The notes under the pieces were generated by a model. It made no database searches. It had not been told where the DNA came from and saw only the letters and a list, made by a program, of their open reading frames with translations. Positions 41,750 to 44,351 of a stretch of DNA of 44,351 bases are shown one piece after another; the stretch's first letter is position 1; the number at the start of each line of letters is the position of its first letter. Both the position numbers and the translations under genes were made by a program. The stretch lies in contig CANRPA010000005.1 of assembly GCA_947632395.1 (NCBI GenBank), forward strand, positions 1 to 44,351, written 5' to 3'. This stretch comes from an uncultured Bacilli bacterium (lineage in GTDB: Bacteria; Bacillota_I; Bacilli_A; RF39; UBA660).

Positions 41750-42538
41750 GCCCCATGTTGATTTAAAACTCGTATACTGGCGAGTTTTTTTATAACGATA
41801 AAAGTTAAATAAATAATAAAAAACTTCTTGCTAAACAATACATATTAAAATTTGTTTGATATAATATATGTAGTTAAACCATAATAAAATGAGGTGTTAT
41901 TGTGAATATTGAAAATATACAAAATGTTTTGTTTGAATGTTATTCAAAAGATTTATGTTATCCTAAAGTTCAAAACGAATGGAAGATGAAAATAAATGCT
42001 TTGGAATGTGTGCAATAACATCTCTAATTATTAATGATTATTTTGGTGGAGAATTTGTAAAATTCATGTGGATGGAATTAGTCATTATTTTAATTTAGTA
42101 GAAGATAAAATTATAGATTTAACTTCAATTCAATTTAATCATGAAATTGATTATAAAGACTATCAAATTATAAATGGAAAAGTATTACCTAGTGGAGTTG
42201 TATTACAAAAACTATTTGATATTATTGACAGAAATATTTTTGAAACTACATTTTTAGAATCAGTTAAGTGTTATCCACTTGAAAGAAAAAATTTAAAAAC
42301 TTGTTCTAGTAATTGTAAAGATATAATGTTAGAACAACTAAAAATATTAAATCCAAAATTAATTATTACTTTAGGAGAATTTCCAACTAGAAATTTACTT
42401 AATTTTAAATTTAATAAGTTTGCCGATGTAGTTGGTAATATATATGAAGTTAATGGCTATAAAATATTACCTATTTATCATCCTAGTCCTATATCTCCAA
42501 AAAGTTATAAAGGTAATATACCTATATTTAAAAAATTA
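41750..42538 (+). repeat. Direct repeat copy 2 with 246-bp internal deletion
   Basis: Begins gccccatgttg; lacks copy-1 38485-38730. Confidence 0.93.
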
Positions 42539-42598
42539 AAAGAGTTTGATAAAGAAATTATTAAATTGTTTGATAAAGAAATTATTAAATTCTCTTGA
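41902..42598 (+). pseudogene. Deleted second copy of yunG-udg
   Basis: Same two frameshifts; in-frame loss of 82 codons removes CKSC and the catalytic GEAP motif. Confidence 0.85.
42544..42591 (+). repeat. Perfect 24-bp tandem duplication
   Basis: gtttgataaagaaattattaaatt twice. Confidence 0.95.
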
Positions 42599-42650
42599 CA
42601 ACCATCTGAAATATGTTTATCATATCATTATGAAATGGAGGAAAATATAT

Positions 42651-42931
42651 ATGAAAAAAGATGAAAATCTATTTGGCATTTCTAAAGAAGAATTTAGGAG
42701 ACAATGTAGTATAAAAAATCTTGATGGTGATTTGACGCAATCTCCAATTGTTAAAGGTGAAACAGGGTTGGAACCATGTTTAAGAGGCGCAAAAAAATAT
42801 TAGAAGATCCTAAAATGCTAAAAATGGTAAGAAGTTTTTTAACTAATGGTGATTTAGTTAAAGATAAAGTCAATGAATCATCAAACTTTCCTACTGCACA
42901 AAAATCAATTACAAAATACTATAAGAAATAA
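42651..42931 (+). pseudogene. Small hypothetical gene split at an A7 run
   Basis: GGAGG SD, ATG 42651, stop at 42803; one extra A would extend the frame to TAA 42931. Confidence 0.45.
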
Positions 42932-43027
42932 AGTTAGAATATGATATTTAATATAAAAAATTATACTAAAGATTTTGGAATTAAAGTAATCTATTAAAGA
43001 GAAAAAAACAGTCATCAATAGTGAGAA

Positions 43028-44233
43028 TTATGACTGTCTTTTTATTTTTTTTATATACATTTTTAGTAGTAAAGGATAAAATAATTTTATGGGATAATAA
43101 ATTTTAGATATTTTTAAATCATATTCACCTGCAAATTCTAAAACTTGACCATTGAATTTTTCTTTAAAAATTGTTAAGTTATCATTAAGATTTCCATCTA
43201 CGCCACCTAGATTGCAGTAATGACAACCATTTTTTATAGAGAATTTTAATATTTCAAATACTACACCTGTGGAAACTCTTAATTTAGTTAAATTTAAACT
43301 ATTTCCTGCATATAGGTATTCACTTGTTCTAATTCCTTTTTTATTTTTTGGTAAAATTATTAAAGATGCAGATAATATCAAAGTATCATTATTTTCCTTT
43401 AATAGATTTTTTGCTTCTAATATTTCTTTTTCATCAGAATTATTTGACCTTAAAAATTCAATATATTTATTTAAATCAATTTTTCCAAAAACTAAATATG
43501 CTTGATCTTTGTAATTTTTCATTATTTTTCTAAAATAATCTTCATCTCTTAAATTTATACCTTGCTTTATTTCAGTTTGCTTTAGAAGATATACTAAGTC
43601 TGTAACTCTATCAATATCATTTGTTATTTCAAAAGTTATCCCTCTTTTTTCATGAAATGAACCTACATAATATTTAAATTTACTATTATATGTTTCTAAA
43701 AATTCCTCTTCAGTTAATATTTTAGAATTAATATCACAAAGAGGTGCAATTATATTATATTGAGGTTGTAGATTTTTTCCTATTTCCTTATTAATTCCGG
43801 TGGATCTATATCCTAAAGAAAGTAAATTTTTATTTTTTACATCATAATCTTTTGAATAATTATTAGCGATTTCTTTTTCCTTAATACTAAATTGTCTTAT
43901 ACAAAAATTAGGATCTATTTTAATTATATAGGCCTTATTTTCTTTAGCTAATTTTTTAATATTTATAGTCATTTCTTTTAAATCTTCAAAATTTGTAAAA
44001 TCTATCAAATATCCCCTAGGAACATAAAACATTTTTAAATTTTTAAATATTTTTTTTACTAATATTAAACATACCCCAATTAATTCTTGATTTTTATATA
44101 GTCCGCAATGAAAAGATTGCCAATTATTTTTTACATTTGCCCAATTATATTCTTGCATAAAACTTGCCATTGAATAATTTTCTATAAATTTATCATATTC
44201 TTCTTTTTCTAGATTTTTAGTAAATGTATACAT
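43028..44233 (-). CDS. FemABX/MurM-family peptidoglycan bridge aminoacyltransferase
   Basis: SFMQ..WANVK..W, YVPRG, IKIDP, LQPQY, YLYAG, NLGG, FKEKF, EFAGEYD. Confidence 0.93.
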   Translation of the reverse strand: MYTFTKNLEKEEYDKFIENYSMASFMQEYNWANVKNNWQSFHCGLYKNQELIGVCLILVKKIFKNLKMFYVPRGYLIDFTNFEDLKEMTINIKKLAKENKAYIIKIDPNFCIRQFSIKEKEIANNYSKDYDVKNKNLLSLGYRSTGINKEIGKNLQPQYNIIAPLCDINSKILTEEEFLETYNSKFKYYVGSFHEKRGITFEITNDIDRVTDLVYLLKQTEIKQGINLRDEDYFRKIMKNYKDQAYLVFGKIDLNKYIEFLRSNNSDEKEILEAKNLLKENNDTLILSASLIILPKNKKGIRTSEYLYAGNSLNLTKLRVSTGVVFEILKFSIKNGCHYCNLGGVDGNLNDNLTIFKEKFNGQVLEFAGEYDLKISKIYYPIKLFYPLLLKMYIKKIKRQS

Positions 44234-44351
44234 TTAAATAATCACCCCTATTCTTTCCATTGATTTTATTATAACATACGGCAGACGCTGTCCGCAACCT
44301 AATTTCTAATTTAGACCCCAAAAAAAGCAAACCTCACTTGAAATAGTTTGC

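Noticed and set aside
41720-41756. Second tRNA before repeat copy 2
   Set aside because: Only gcccca matches; no cloverleaf can be formed.
16419-43533. Other short overlapping ORFs (16419-16613, 21530-21790, 24511-24693, 26289-26501, 29898-30206, 40240-40449, 43269-43505, 43348-43533)
   Set aside because: Antisense to well-supported genes, with no independent evidence.
1-44351. Mycoplasma-type genetic code 4
   Set aside because: TGA terminates secA and map, and Trp is encoded by TGG.
44266-44351. GC-rich patch and hairpin at the window end as an ncRNA or IS end
   Set aside because: Adequately explained as the femABX promoter (TGtTATAAT on the - strand) plus an upstream terminator; too truncated to call.

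Overview
Very AT-rich Firmicute chromosome using genetic code 11 (TGA is stop, Trp is TGG). It looks like a reduced Bacilli lineage such as RF39 or Erysipelotrichia; this is inference. 0.5-14.7 kb: the S10-spc-alpha ribosomal superoperon, lacking rpmD/L30, with charged extensions on L3 and S5. 14.8-21.4 kb: a convergent agr-like quorum-sensing locus (LytTR regulator and kinase facing agrB plus an unannotated agrD), then csp, hpf and secA. 21.4-25.4 kb: an accessory block (AbiE toxin-antitoxin, AraC, soluble VirD4-like ATPase) bracketed by synonymous copies of the secA SEC-C tail, probably a decayed element integrated into secA. 25.9-35.7 kb: a minimal type VII secretion locus with EssC, YukD-like, an HExxH lipoprotein, six WXG100-like proteins and a repeat-expanded DUF4176, with no essA/essB/esaA in the window. 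Next are a LysM protein, a cotJA-B fusion with cotJC, and tRNA-His. After the tRNA, a 3688-bp unit bounded by long direct repeats carries YunG-UDG, a P-loop kinase, PIN-GNAT-EVE/ASCH and ASCH, a candidate uncharacterised defence or modification system. The window ends with a FemABX gene. All domain calls are by-eye motif recognition, not database searches.
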